64,000 nucleotides of DNA from NCBI RefSeq assembly GCF_964213995.1, contig NW_027590427.1:186001-250000 (forward strand), in the 5' to 3' direction. The notes beneath the pieces are model-generated. The model worked only from the letters and a program-made list of their open reading frames with translations. It was not told the origin of the DNA and ran no database searches. The first letter of the stretch is position 1. Each line of letters starts with the position of its first letter. Source of the DNA: Mustelus asterias. Its lineage: Eukaryota. Both the position numbers and the translations under genes were made by a program. This document shows, in pieces, positions 13,376 to 25,324 of this stretch.

Positions 13376-13857
13376 CTATTTACAAGCCATCACTTTGAAC
13401 AAATTAGCATTGGATCGAACTTGTTTCGGAAAAGTGCAATAATCCTTAACAGTTATTGCACTATTCGTTTTGCCTCCGATGATATTTTCATACTTCGTCT
13501 TTTCAGTCTTCACATGTCCCAATTCTGACTGTAAATGTGGAACTGTTTGTAAGAATGAGAAGGAGCATGTTATTTTCTTTTCCTCTGACAGATTCACCAT
13601 TGTTACCTCAGATAACAGAATTTTTTGGAGTCCACCATGATTGATCCCCCCTCCCTCCCCCCCCCCCCCCCCCCCCCGGGAATAACAGCTCTTTGTCCGG
13701 TGGAGTCAGTCATTCTTGCGGCTGTCATCGGTTTCCAATCCGTGTTTGCCACACACATCCCTGCATCACTCGTCATGACAAGGAAACCTGCGCAAGGCCC
13801 TCGAAAAGATATGCTTCCTTATATCAGTTCCCAGTCTGACTCCGGGCCTAGCTGTCT
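13376..13857 (-). pseudogene. Two terminal cytoplasmic-tail exons of an inhibitory-type immune receptor (ITIM plus ITSM), with an in-frame stop at the ITIM tyrosine position
   Basis: Exon 13857-13788 (CAG|...G|GT) reads RQLGPESDWELI*GSISFRGPCA and splices in phase 1 to the exon starting ~13543, VPHLQSELGHVKTEKTKYENIIGGKTNSAITVKDYCTF...*. Confidence 0.5.
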
Positions 13858-14544
13858 CTGTTAGTGAAACACCGGGGCCGGCCATTCAAATTATAATATT
13901 CTAATTCTCTATGATTATTTTTGGAAACCGTTACCCAATCAGTTGTGAATTGGAACCTATATCTGGTTTTGCTACGTTTGACGCCTGCCAGTTATTATTG
14001 GACAATTTACTTTTTTCTAGAATGATCACACGGAACAAAATGTTTATTTAAATGTTATATCATGTTCTGTCTCTCTTATTCTATATATCTAATACATTAA
14101 CTTACATGACTCTCCCGGCCAGTTTATGTTATCATTGCGCCAGCATATCTGTCTATATTAGATTAGATTCTGTCTCTGTTGTTACTGCATAAGTTTTAAT
14201 CATTTATGGGATGTGGGCATCACTGGCATCTGTTGCCCTTCCCTAATTGCCCCTGACAAAGTGATGATGAGCTGCCATCTTGAACAGCTACTGTCCATGT
14301 TCACCAGGCAATATCACTGTTTGTATCACACAAGGTCTGACCACCCTCATAATATACCTGATCCTGATTCGTCATGTTACCGAGATTGTACAACCTATAC
14401 ACAGTAGAAAATATTTAGGATGGTTACTATGGAATTGGCGAATGTAACGGTTAAACAGAAATATTGCTCCATCTCTGGAGAACAGCAGATGTTTCAATCC
14501 TTTGCATTAATAGGAATAAGAAGTCTGAGAATTACAGGTGTAAT

Positions 14545-14832
14545 TATCTCCTGTCGGCTATATATCCACGGTCACTTCCGCCATCATTTTCACAAATCAG
14601 CACATAATTGAGTCGAAAATCTGGAACTTTAGTGAGACACGAAGAAAATCAATTTCCAGTAATCTCCTCGTCATCGAGATGTGATTTATCCATTTTCCAA
14701 CAGATTTTTAAAGACAGATAAGCCAACGCTGGGAGCAAAATAATCAGATTGAAATCGTTTTGTGTGCAAGAGCACACAGCAGAATGGTTGTCAATAAATA
14801 GTTACATATTAAATGTTCTTCAGTTGAAATAC
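14545..14832 (-). pseudogene. Possible transmembrane exon and first cytoplasmic exon of the same receptor
   Basis: Hydrophobic NYLLTTILLCAL/FNLIILLPALAYLSLKICWKM (frameshifted), then CAG|(D)FRLNYVLICEND with an ITIM-like LNYVLI; donor sites are non-canonical. Confidence 0.3.
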
Positions 14833-15332
14833 CTGAACTGCCTGGTGTTTTCATACACTCATGGAAGGCAGAGATGGACTGAAGGTTATCACTTGGAAAA
14901 CTGAAGGGAAATTGCTAAAAGAAATCATTTCTCCAAAGGGGGTAATTGGAAAAAAGAATATTTAAAAGAAATAAGCACTCAAATGTCTAAGCAAGGTATG
15001 ATATGATAATTCTTAGACATAGAACCATAGAATCCCTAGAGTTCAGAAAAAGACCATCTGGCTCACCGAGTTTGCATCCCACACAGGCCCTCCCCTCTGC
15101 CCTATCCCCGTTAGCCCCAAACATTTACCATGGCGAATCCACATACCCTATGGACAATAACGGGCAATTTTGCACAGCCAATCCATCTAATACAATCTGT
15201 TGTATTATGAACGAAGGACGGGTTTTGTGCAGTAATACAGAGACAGAGTCGAGTGCACCAATTATTGATACAGCACGTGTACTAATATGAATGCAGACTG
15301 GGTCCAGTTCAGTGCTTACTGAGAGCGGGTAT

Positions 15333-16131
15333 AGAACAAAGAAAAATTACAGCACAGGAACAGGCACTTCGGCCCTCCAAGCCTGCACCGACCATGCTGC
15401 CCGACTTAACTAAAACCCCCTACGATTCCGAAGACCATATCCCTCTATTCCCATCTCATTCATGTACTTTCCTTGACGCCCCTTAAAAGTCACTACCGTG
15501 CCGGCTTCCACTACCTCCCCCGGCAACGAGTTCCAGGCACCCACCACTCTCTCTGCAAAACATTTGCCTCGTACATCTCTTTTAAAACTTGCCCCTCGCA
15601 CCTTAAACCTGTGCCCCCGCGTAATTGACTCTTCCACCCTGGGAAAAAGCTTCTGACTATCCACTCTGTCCATGCCTCTTATAATCTTGTAGAATTCTAT
15701 CAGGTCATCCCTCAACCTTCGTCGCTCCAGTGAGAACAAACCAAGTTTCTCCAACCTCTCCTCATAGCTAATGCCCTCCATACCAGGCAACATCCTGGTA
15801 AATCTTTTCTGTACCCTCTCCAGAGCCTCCACATCCTTCTGGCAGTGTGGCGACCAGAATTGACCGTACATTCCAAGTGCGGCCTCACTAAGATTCTATA
15901 AAGCGTCAACATGACTTGCCAATTTTTAAACTCAATACACCGGCCGATGAAGGCAAGCATGCCGTATGCCTTCTTGACTACCTTCTCCACCTGCATTGCC
16001 ACTTTCAGTGACCTGTGTACCTGTATAACCAGATCCATTTTGCCTATCAATACTCCTAAGGGTTCTGCCATTTACTGTAAATTTCCTATCTGTATTAGAC
16101 CTTCCAAAATGCATTACCTCACATTTGTCCG
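15333..16131 (-). mobile_element. 5'-truncated CR1/HER1-type LINE, frameshifted
   Basis: Overlapping ORFs 15410..15871 and 15712..16071 with QFWSPH...LERVQKRFTRMLPG; (TTCTTTG) tail at ~15333. Confidence 0.92.
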
Positions 16132-17399
16132 GAATTTGCATCGCTAGTACTAACCAGCGTGATGTTTTCTCACATAGACAGAAACATGAATTACGCAGCT
16201 GTAACAAAGTCAAGGTTTATTCCAATGTCAGCAGAGACAATGTGCACTATAATTTAAACTGCGACAGGTTCTAGTGTAATGTAATCTCACATGGACGCTA
16301 TTAGAATAAAGGGATATAATCTAGTGTGATATAAACAGAGATGTGACCCAGTGGAATAAAAAGTGAGGCAATGCAGTGTAAAGCAATAACTGAGAGAGGA
16401 TAATTTGTAAAATGAACAGTGGTATGGTTTGGCGCATTAATAAAGGACACAGCAGCTAGCGCAATAAAACTCCACCTGTTCAATCGGTTCAAATACTGTT
16501 GAATCTGATTCTGGGCATTGTATGATATAAACTGAGACAAAGCTGATGCAATAATTTCAAACTAAGGCTTCAGATTGTTAAAAGATTTGACAGGGACATT
16601 AGAGCAATAAGCGAGTCATGAAATAGAACAATAATTAGAGACAGGATATTATTCGGTATAAACAGGGAGGTGGACTGGTGCAGCAGTGATTGAGGTATAG
16701 TCAAGGTTTCTTTCGACGTTGCAGGTTCCAGCAATGTAATATCAAATGGGACTTGGTACGGTATAGTGACAACTGGTATTTTGCTGAGTATAGAATCAAT
16801 TGAGAATTATTGTCATGTAATCAGAATTATGATTTTGTGTCATATAAACTAGGTCTAGTTTCGGATGGATAAAGACTGCATCTATTGCAGCAATGACTGA
16901 GACGATCTGTTTCGCGTCGTGCCAAAGAGCACGGTTTCACTGCCATCTCCTGGACGTCCTTTGATATAGCAGATGTTATGAAATGCTGATTTTCGTTGCT
17001 GTTTCTTATTCTTTCATGGGGTGTACACACAGCTGGCAAGGCCAGCATAATTTGGCAATCGCCAGTACTCTGAATTCATTGGTTTCCTAGATCATCACAG
17101 AAGTCATGTAAACGCCAAACACGTGTGGGCCTTGAGTCAGCTATGGGCCAAACTGGGAAATGATGGATGGTTTCCTTTTCTGCTGGGCATTAGAGGATCT
17201 GCTATATTACTTGTATTGGCCGCAATTACGGAACGAGGTTTAAATTCAAAATTGCAATTGCATTTTAAAACCCACGTTCTTTTGCAGTTAGATTTGAACA
17301 TATATCTTGAGAAAATTGCCTCCCCTCAGAAATCCTCTCCCAGTGATATTACCACTTTGCCACTGACTTCATTTTCCATACTGATAGACTATTTACAGG

Positions 17400-18530
17400 A
17401 GAGAAGAAGGCCATTTTGAAGCATCATGTATGTGCTGGTCCTCTTAAGGAGCAATTCATCCAATAAGACTCTATACCCGACAGTCCAGCATTTTGTTCAA
17501 TTCCAGACAATAATCCAATCCCATTTTGAAACCATCAATTGGCGCTCCCTGAACCGTACTCTGAAACAGCAGATTGCAGGTCTGAATCAGTCACTGTCCG
17601 AAAATGTTTTTCGTTATGACTCCATGCTTCTTTCACCAATTAACTTCAACCCACGCCCTCTGTTACAAAATCCATCTGCTATTGAACAATTACTGTCTAT
17701 CTACTCTGTCAAGACCCCTCAGGATTTTGAACGCCTCATTGGGATCACATCAGCAACTTCCTGTCAAGGAAATCAGTCCGAACCTCGCCAATATATTTTC
17801 GGAATTGAAGTTTCTGATCTCTGGAACTAATCTCGTATTTTCCCCCTGCATCCAGCCTATTGGCTTTACATTTCTCCTTACGTTTGGTGCCCAGAATTTG
17901 ACGCAATTTTTCAGTTGACTATTTTCCAGTGAATTTTACAAATTTAGCATAACTTCCTTGCTTCTGTATTCTTTTCCCCAACAAAGACTGTTAACTATTT
18001 TCTTTTCCGCTCTTTCAAACTATCTTCCACCATGAATGATCTATGCACATATTCACTCAGGTCCCTCGGCGTCTTACCGCCACATTCATAGCGTTTTCAT
18101 CATTTCCCTTTGTCTCTTCACATTCTGCTTAACAAAACTAATCATGTAACTTTACATGCAATCAATTAAATCTCCCAATTGCACGACAATTCCACAAATT
18201 AGTTTTTTTTTCGTTCTGAAGTTCTGCTCGGTCTTCTGATGGTTGGCAATGTTTCCATGTTTTGCATCATACACAGATTTTGAAAGTCTGACCTCCATAC
18301 CAAGCTCTCGGCCATTACTATGCCGGGAAGATCAAGAGTCATATAACCTACTCCTGGCACCTTCACAACAAACTTTATTCCAGTCCGAAAAACAGCTCTG
18401 AGTTTTTTTCCTGGCACTCTGCCAATTTCCTATCCGTGTTGCTCCTATCCATTTTATTCTCTGATCTCCACATTTACTCACAAGCTGTGATGCAGCACCA
18501 TATCACATGACCTTTGGACGCCCATTAAGA
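17400..18530 (-). mobile_element. Old, highly diverged CR1 relic
   Basis: Residual similarity to the RT and 3' region of the younger copies, e.g. GGTGCCCAGAATTTGACGCA at ~17886. Confidence 0.5.
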
Positions 18531-19919
18531 GAAATACCCTCACAAACCATCTCTGTTGTTCAGCATTAAACTCAAGCAAGTTGACGAAAAACGATTTGAT
18601 CTGAACAAATACATTCTGGCTGAATTTGTCAAAAAGCATTAAAGTGGGATGATTTCTGCAGTGATGAAGGCAGTGAAGATATGGATGTTATATCTGCTGG
18701 CGACACAAGGATAGATCGTAAAATTGGGCATTGGCGAGGGCATTGGATATATATCAAATATTGTGCACACTACTTGTCTCCTTATCTTAAGAAATATGTT
18801 AATGCATGAGAAAAAGTTCAGAGGAGTTTTACGAAACCATCACCAGCTCTGAGCGGGTGATCTGATGAGGAAAGGATGTTGACGTCAGGTTTGTATCCAC
18901 GGGAGTTCAGAAGAGTAAGAGGCAAATTGACTGAAAGCTTTAAAACGCGAAGGGGTGCCAACAGTGTGGATGTTGAGCGGATGATTCCTCTTGTCCAATG
19001 TTGTAGCTGTACTGGATATGTCTCTGAGTGTACATTTGTGGGCTCTTGGTATTCCGTCTGTTTCCAATGCTGTTGTACTGTCCACGGAGGGCGCTCTCTG
19101 ATCGCTTACCGAAAATCATGGCATCTTTTTGCAGAAAGTGAATATTTGCCGATATGCAAATGGGCGGAGAAAATAAATCCCATCCCATCACATTGTATCT
19201 TCCCGGTTCTTTTGATTCAACCTTTAACTTCAATACATTTATTTAACACAAATGTCCTCATTCTGAATTGAATATCTCTGAAATAGACAACATTGAATTG
19301 CAAGCATGGCTAATCAACAAAAGAGCGCGAGTCACTGGGAAATACACATCCCATGGTACTTTTTGAAATTGACCACAGTCAGCTTTCAAACAAAAGCAAA
19401 TATCTTTCAAGGGAAGAGATTTAAGAATGATCTGTTAGTTATACGTGATCCTTCTTTATTCGGTGTGTGAAACATTCTGGCACTTAAATCTCTTTCATCG
19501 ACAGGAGGCCCAGCAGTTCCGCACTGATCCTCGATTTCCTCATCTGTCTGAGTGGTTTTTCCTATTTCTTTATTCGGAAGAACAATTTTAAAAACAAGCT
19601 TCGAAGCAATGTGTGTCATTTCCTCTAGCTCAGTTACAGTTTTACTTGTGTCTGTCTTTATGAGCCCGCATTACTGGTCGACATGTTTCAGATGGTGATT
19701 AAATATGTTTGTCTGCACCGGTAAACGCATTAAATTTTGTTGCGGACTGAACGAGTTGCGAATATATGTACAAACAATACAAACATTTATTTCCTGCCAT
19801 TGCATCCTAAATAACAGCATTTCTGATTTTCCGAAAGGCAATTGAATTAATGTAAGGTCCGATTTTCCGAAAAGCATTTGAGTTGATGTAACATCGAGAT
19901 TCACATAATGGTGAGCAAT

Positions 19920-20232
19920 GATGGTGGCACAGTGGGACGGCACAGTGGCACATTGGTTAGCACTGCGGCCTCACAGACACCTGGGTTCGACTCAAGGCTT
20001 GGGTCACTGTCTGTGTTGAGTTTGCACGTTCTACCCGTGTTCCCCGGGTCCTGGTTTCCTCCCACAGTCCAAAGATGTGCAGGCGAGGTGGATAGGCCAT
20101 GCTAAATTTCCCCTTAGTGCCAGGGGGCGAGGTAGGTAAACACATGGGGTCATGGGGATAGGGCCTGGGTGGGATTGTGTTCGATGCAGTCTCGATGGGC
20201 CGAATGGCCTCCCTCTTCACTGCATGATTCTA
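19920..20232 (+). mobile_element. HE1-type SINE inside array unit 1
   Basis: Conserved core CCTCCCACAGTCCAAAGATGTGC and CR1-like 3' end GGGCCGAATGGCCTCC. Confidence 0.85.
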
Positions 20233-20284
20233 GGAAGGTAAACCATGCAGGCTTCGCACTCCCTTAATAAGGAAGGTCCGAAAG

Positions 20285-20357
20285 TGCTTCTGCCGGGTTT
20301 TGATCCGGGGATCTTTCACGTGTGAGGCGAACGTGATAACCATGACATTACATGAAC
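20285..20357 (-). pseudogene. tRNA-Val(CAC) pseudogene
   Basis: 73 nt, GTTCATGTAATGTCATGGTTATCACGTTCGCCTCACACGTGAAAG...; broken acceptor stem and T-loop. Confidence 0.85.
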
Positions 20358-21440
20358 AGCTGACAGCATATTTTAGCTAATCGGCCTGTCTGCAATGTCC
20401 AACTGCGCTGCGTTGCTCCAGGTTCCAATGGATAGACTGAGAGCCCATGCCACTGAATTCAAGAAGAAAACCGGTACTTTTAACCTGATTTCAGAATTTA
20501 TCTTGAACATCAAAATTTAAAAGCTTTCGTTTGGCAAATATCTAAGTGAGCATTGATTTCTGCCCATTCATTAATGCATCATTTTCATCTTCCTTCGAAT
20601 GATCTCAACAAATTGTAATCAGTAATAAAAGTAAATTACTGCGGATGCTGGAATCGGAAACCAAAAGAGAAAATGCTCGAAAATCTCGCAATGTCTGACA
20701 GCTCCTGTTAGGAGAGAAAAGGGCTGACCTTTCGAGTCCAGATGACATTTTGTGAAAGCTCATTGAGCAATTGTACTCAGTATTTGTTTTATTATTCAAT
20801 ATTTAGTATCAATACATTATTTAACACATATGTCTTCATTATGAATTGAATATCTCTGGAATTGAATATCACTGAATTGCAAACATAACTGACCAACAGA
20901 ACGAATCGAATCACCGGGTAATACAGATCGCAATTTTGAGATTGATCATAACCAGCTTTTAAACAAAGTCAACTACGTTTTAAATGGAAGTGATTCAAGA
21001 ATTAACTGTTCGTGACAATTGAGCCTTTTTTTATTATGGGCGTGAAATATTCAGGCGCATAAATTCCGGCCATTTATAGGAAGGTCCAGAAGATCTGCAC
21101 TGAGTCCCGATTCTCTCATCTGTTTGAGTGTTTTTTTTTTCTATTTCTTTGTTGTGAAGAACGATTTTTTAAAAGAATCGTCTGGGAAATGAACGCCATT
21201 TCTGATAGATCACTTACAATATAACTTGTGTCAGTCTTCTGGAGCAGACGCTACTATTAGAAACGTTTCATTCTTGTCAGTGCATCAAAAAAAAGTCAGC
21301 ATTTCTTATTTTACAGAAAACATTGGAGGCCGATGTCAGAGCAACAATAATATGCCTGTAATATTGAGGTTCAGATAATGTTGAGAAACGAACTGAAATC
21401 ATGCAATTTTCCTTCACGCGACATGAGAAAGCTTAATGAA

Positions 21441-21513
21441 TGTTTCTGCTCCGTTTCGAACCAGGACCTTTCCGCGTGTCAGACGAACATAATAACCACT
21501 ACACTGGAGAAAC
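21441..21513 (-). pseudogene. tRNA-Val pseudogene (anticodon reads GAC)
   Basis: GTTTCTCCAGTGTAGTGGTTATTATGTTCGTCTGACACGCGGAAAGGTCCTGGTTCGAAAC...; stem mismatches. Confidence 0.8.
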
Positions 21514-21734
21514 AGCTGGACGCAAACTGCAGCAAATCGGACTGTCCGCAATGTTCAACAGCTGCAGGTTCCAATGGTCAGACTGAGAGCCCATGCTTCT
21601 TAATTCAGGAAGATAACCGTTGCTTTCAATCTGATTGCTCAACTTATTTTGAACATCAAAATTTAAAAGCGTTCTTCTGGCAAATATCTAAGGGAACAAT
21701 GATTTCTAGCCTTTCATTAATGCATCATTCTATA

Positions 21735-22463
21735 GCTATACGATAAATGGCAGAACCATAAAGGGTGTAGATACGCAGAGGGACCTGGGTGTGCAAGTCC
21801 ACAGATCCTTGAAGGTGACGTCACAGGTGGAGAAGGTAGTGAATAAGGCATATGGCATGCTTGCCTTTATAGGGCGGGGCATAGAGTATAAGGTTGGAGT
21901 CTGATGTTGCAGATGTACAGAACGTTGGTTCGGCCGCATTTGGAATACTGCGTCCAGTTCTGGTCGCCACACTACCAGAAGGACGTGGAGGCTTTGGAGA
22001 GAGTGCAGAGGAGGTTGACCTGGATGTTGTCTGGTATGGAGGGGCTTAGTTATGAGGAGAGATTGGGTAAACTGGGGTTGTTCTCACTGGAAAAACGGAG
22101 GATGAGGGGAGACTTAATAGAGATGTATAAAGTTATGAAAGGCATAGATAGGATGAACGGTGGGAAGCTTTTCCCCAGGTCGGTGGTGACGTTCACGAGG
22201 GGTCATGGGTTCAAGGTGAACGGGGGGAGGTTTAACACAGATATCAGAAGGACATATTTTACACAGAGGGTGGTGGGGGCCTGGAATGCGCTGCCAGGCA
22301 AGGTGGTGGAGGCGGACACACTGGGAACGTTTAAGACTTATCTAGATAGCCACATGAACGGAGTGGGAATGGAGGGATACAAAAGAATGGTCTAGTTTGG
22401 ACCAGGGAGCAGCACGGGCTTGGGCTAGTTCCTGTGCTGTATTGTTCTTTGTTCTTTGTTCTT
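21735..22463 (+). mobile_element. 5'-truncated CR1 inserted in array unit 2, TSD ATTCT
   Basis: ORF 21904..22395 is the CR1 C-terminus; (TTCTTTG)n tail; the empty site is visible in sister units (TGCATCATTTTCATCTTCC). Confidence 0.92.
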
Positions 22464-23362
22464 TATTCTCATCTTCCTTCGAATAATCTCAACCAATTGT
22501 TCTCAGCAATAAAAGCAAATTACTGCGGATACTGGAATCGGAAACCAAACGAAAAAATGCTGGAAAATCTCACAACGTCTGACAGCACCTGTAAGAAGAG
22601 AAAGGAGCTGACGTTTCGAGTCCAGATGACACTTCAACAACGTTCATTGTACAATTGTACTCAGTATTTGTTTCAATATTTAGTCTCAATGCATTATTTA
22701 ACACAGATGTCTTCATTATGAATTGAATATCTCTGAAATTGAATATCATAGAATTGTAAATATAACTGACCAACAGGAATCGAGTCACCGGGGAATACAG
22801 ATCACAATTATGAGATTGACCATAGCGAACTACATTTAAGCAAAGTGAACTACATTTAAATAGACGAGATTGAAGAATTATTGACACTTGAGTCTTTTCT
22901 TTTTTGAGTGTGAAACATTCAGGCGCATAAATTCCGGCCATTTAAATGAAAGTTCAGTAGATCCGCACTGAGTCTCGATTTCCTCATTTGTCTGAGTGTT
23001 TTTTTTCCCATTTCTTTGTTTTGAAGAACGATTTAAAAAAAGATTCTTCTGGGAAATGTGCGCCATTTCCTACACTTCGCTTACCGTATCACTCGTGTCA
23101 GTCCCCTGGAGCACATACTACTATTCGAAAAGTTCCAGATGGTGATTAGCTACGTTAATCTGCACCTATAAACTCTTTAAATTCTGTTGTAGACTGAACG
23201 TGATGCGAATATGCGCACAGTGTCAAAATCGAAAGGTTTCTTTCCTGTCAGTTCGTCAAAAAGCTATCAACATTCTTATTTTACAGAAATCATTTGAGGC
23301 CGAGGTCAGAGCAAAGATCATATGGCTGCAACATCAAGATGCGGATAATGTTCAGCAACGAA

Positions 23363-23946
23363 GATCTAATACAAATAGGAAATATACAGTAAATGGCAGA
23401 ACCCTTAAGAATATTGATAGGCAAAGGGATCTGGGTGTACAGGTATACAGGTCACTGAAAGTGGCAATGCAGGTGGAGAAGGTAGTCAAGAAGGCATACC
23501 CATGCTTGCCTTCATCGGCCGGGGCATTGAGTTTAAAAATTGGCAAGTCATGTTGCAACTTTATAGAACCTTAGTTAGGCCGCACTTGGAATATAATATT
23601 TAAATTTGGTCGCCACACTACCAGAAGGATGTGGAGGCTTTGGAGAGGGTAAAGAAAAGATTTACCAGGATGTTGCCCTCTTTTTAGGTCAAACCAAACC
23701 AAGTCAACAAACTCAGATTAAATCAGGACAAAGTAAAAGGGGCAGCTCCCCAAAAAGGAGGGGAACAGCCCGAACAGAAATCAAAGTACAAAGGAAACTT
23801 AAAAACATCAAATTAAAATGTGATTATTGGGGTCAATAATGCACCCCAACCACTGCGGTGCCCAGCGGGCACGGAAAGCGTCAACCTAGCATGGTCGGTG
23901 CATGCGTGGAGGGCTGGTTGCTATGCTGTAATTTTCTTTGTTCTTT
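23363..23946 (+). mobile_element. 5'-truncated CR1 in array unit 3, with an internal part replaced by an antisense Tx1-like fragment
   Basis: CR1 sequence runs to ...GGATGTTGCC (23677), foreign sequence occupies 23678-23887, and the CR1 3' UTR resumes at AGCATGGTCGGTGC (23888). Confidence 0.85.
23678..23887 (-). mobile_element. 3' end of a Tx1-type (L1 clade) non-LTR retrotransposon
   Basis: Minus strand reads VDAFRARWAPQWLGCIIDPNNHILI*, then a T-rich 3' UTR ending AAAAAGAG; resembles Tx1 ORF2 C-termini (F...RWA...C). Confidence 0.6.
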
Positions 23947-23996
23947 ATATTGAAATCATACAGATTTCCTCACCCTAAATTAGAAAGCTTAATGAA

Positions 23997-24069
23997 CGTT
24001 TCTGCCCGGTTTTGAACTGGGAACCTTTCGCGTGTGAGGTGAATGTGATAACCACTACACTACAGAAAC
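23997..24069 (-). pseudogene. tRNA-Val(CAC), best-preserved array copy, probably a pseudogene
   Basis: GTTTCTGTAGTGTAGTGGTTATCACATTCACCTCACACGCGAAAGGTTCCCAGTTCAAAACCGGGCAGAAACG; mismatches in the anticodon and T stems. Confidence 0.85.
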
Positions 24070-25251
24070 AGGTGACAGCAATGATAGCAAATCCGCCTCT
24101 CTGCAATGTTCAACTGTGCTGTGTTGCTGCAGTTTCAAATGGTTCGACTGAGAGCCCATGTCCCTTGTTTCAGGAAGATAACCGTTACTGTCAATATGAT
24201 TGTTCAACTTATCTTGAACTTCAAAATTTTAAAGCGATCGCCTGTCAAATATCTAAGGCAACAATGAATTCCACTCATTCATTAATGCATTATTTTCATC
24301 TTCCTTCGAATAATCTCAACCAATTGTGCTCATTAATGAAAGCAAATTACTGCAGATGATGGAATCTGAAACCAAAGGAGAAAATGCTGGAAAATCTCAC
24401 AAGGTCTGGCAGCATCTGTAAGGAGAGAAAAGAGCTGACGTTTCGAGTCCAGATGACATTTTGTCAAAGCTCATTTTACAATTGTACTCAGTATTTGTTT
24501 CAATATTTAATATCAATACATTGTTTAACACATATGACTTCATTATGAATTGAATATCTCGGAAATTGAATATCACTGAATTGCAAACATAACTGGCCAA
24601 CGAAAAGAGTCGAGTCACCGGGTAATACAGATCCCATGGTTGTTTGTTTGAGATTGGCCATCATCAGCTTTTAAACAAAGTCAACTATAATTAAATGGAA
24701 GAGATTGAAGAATTATCGGTGAGGTATACTTGAGCCTTTTTTATTATAAGTGTGAAACATTCAGGCGTATAAATTCCGGCCACCTATAGGAAAGTCTAGT
24801 TGATCCGCACTGAGTCTCCATTTCTTCATCTGTCTGTGTGTTTTTTCCGATTTCCATGTTATGAAGAACAATTTTTAAAAAAAGATTCTTCTGGGAAATG
24901 TGTGCCATTTCCTCTAGTTCACTTCGAGTATCACTTGTGTCTGTCTTGTTGAGCACACACTCCTATTAGACATGTTTCAGATGGTGATTCGCTATTTTAG
25001 TTTGCACCTATGAACCCATTAAATTCTGTTGTCCACTGAACAAGATGATACTATGTGCACGTTCTCAAAATAGAGACGTTTCTTTCCTGTCAGTGCGTCG
25101 AAAAAATCAGCATTTCTTATTCGCAGAAACCATTTGAGTTTGAGGTCAGAGCAAAGATAATATTGTTGTAATGTCGAGATTCGGATAATGTTCAGCAACG
25201 AACTGAAATCATACAGGATTTCCCTCATCTTCCATGAGAAAGCTTAACGAA

Positions 25252-25324
25252 TGCTGCTTCCCTGTTTCGGACCAGGAACTTTTTGTGTTTTAGGCGAACG
25301 GGATAACCACTCCACTGCAGAAAC
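25252..25324 (-). pseudogene. tRNA-Val pseudogene
   Basis: GTTTCTGCAGTGGAGTGGTTATCCCGTTCGCCTAAAACAC...; degenerate 3' half. Confidence 0.8.

Noticed and set aside
21441-21513. Unusual anticodons in Val-like genes (GAC here, AAA at 25252, GAA at 45272, TGC at 49984, CAT at 57945) as recoding tRNAs
   Set aside because: Each copy has multiple stem or promoter-box lesions, consistent with neutral decay.
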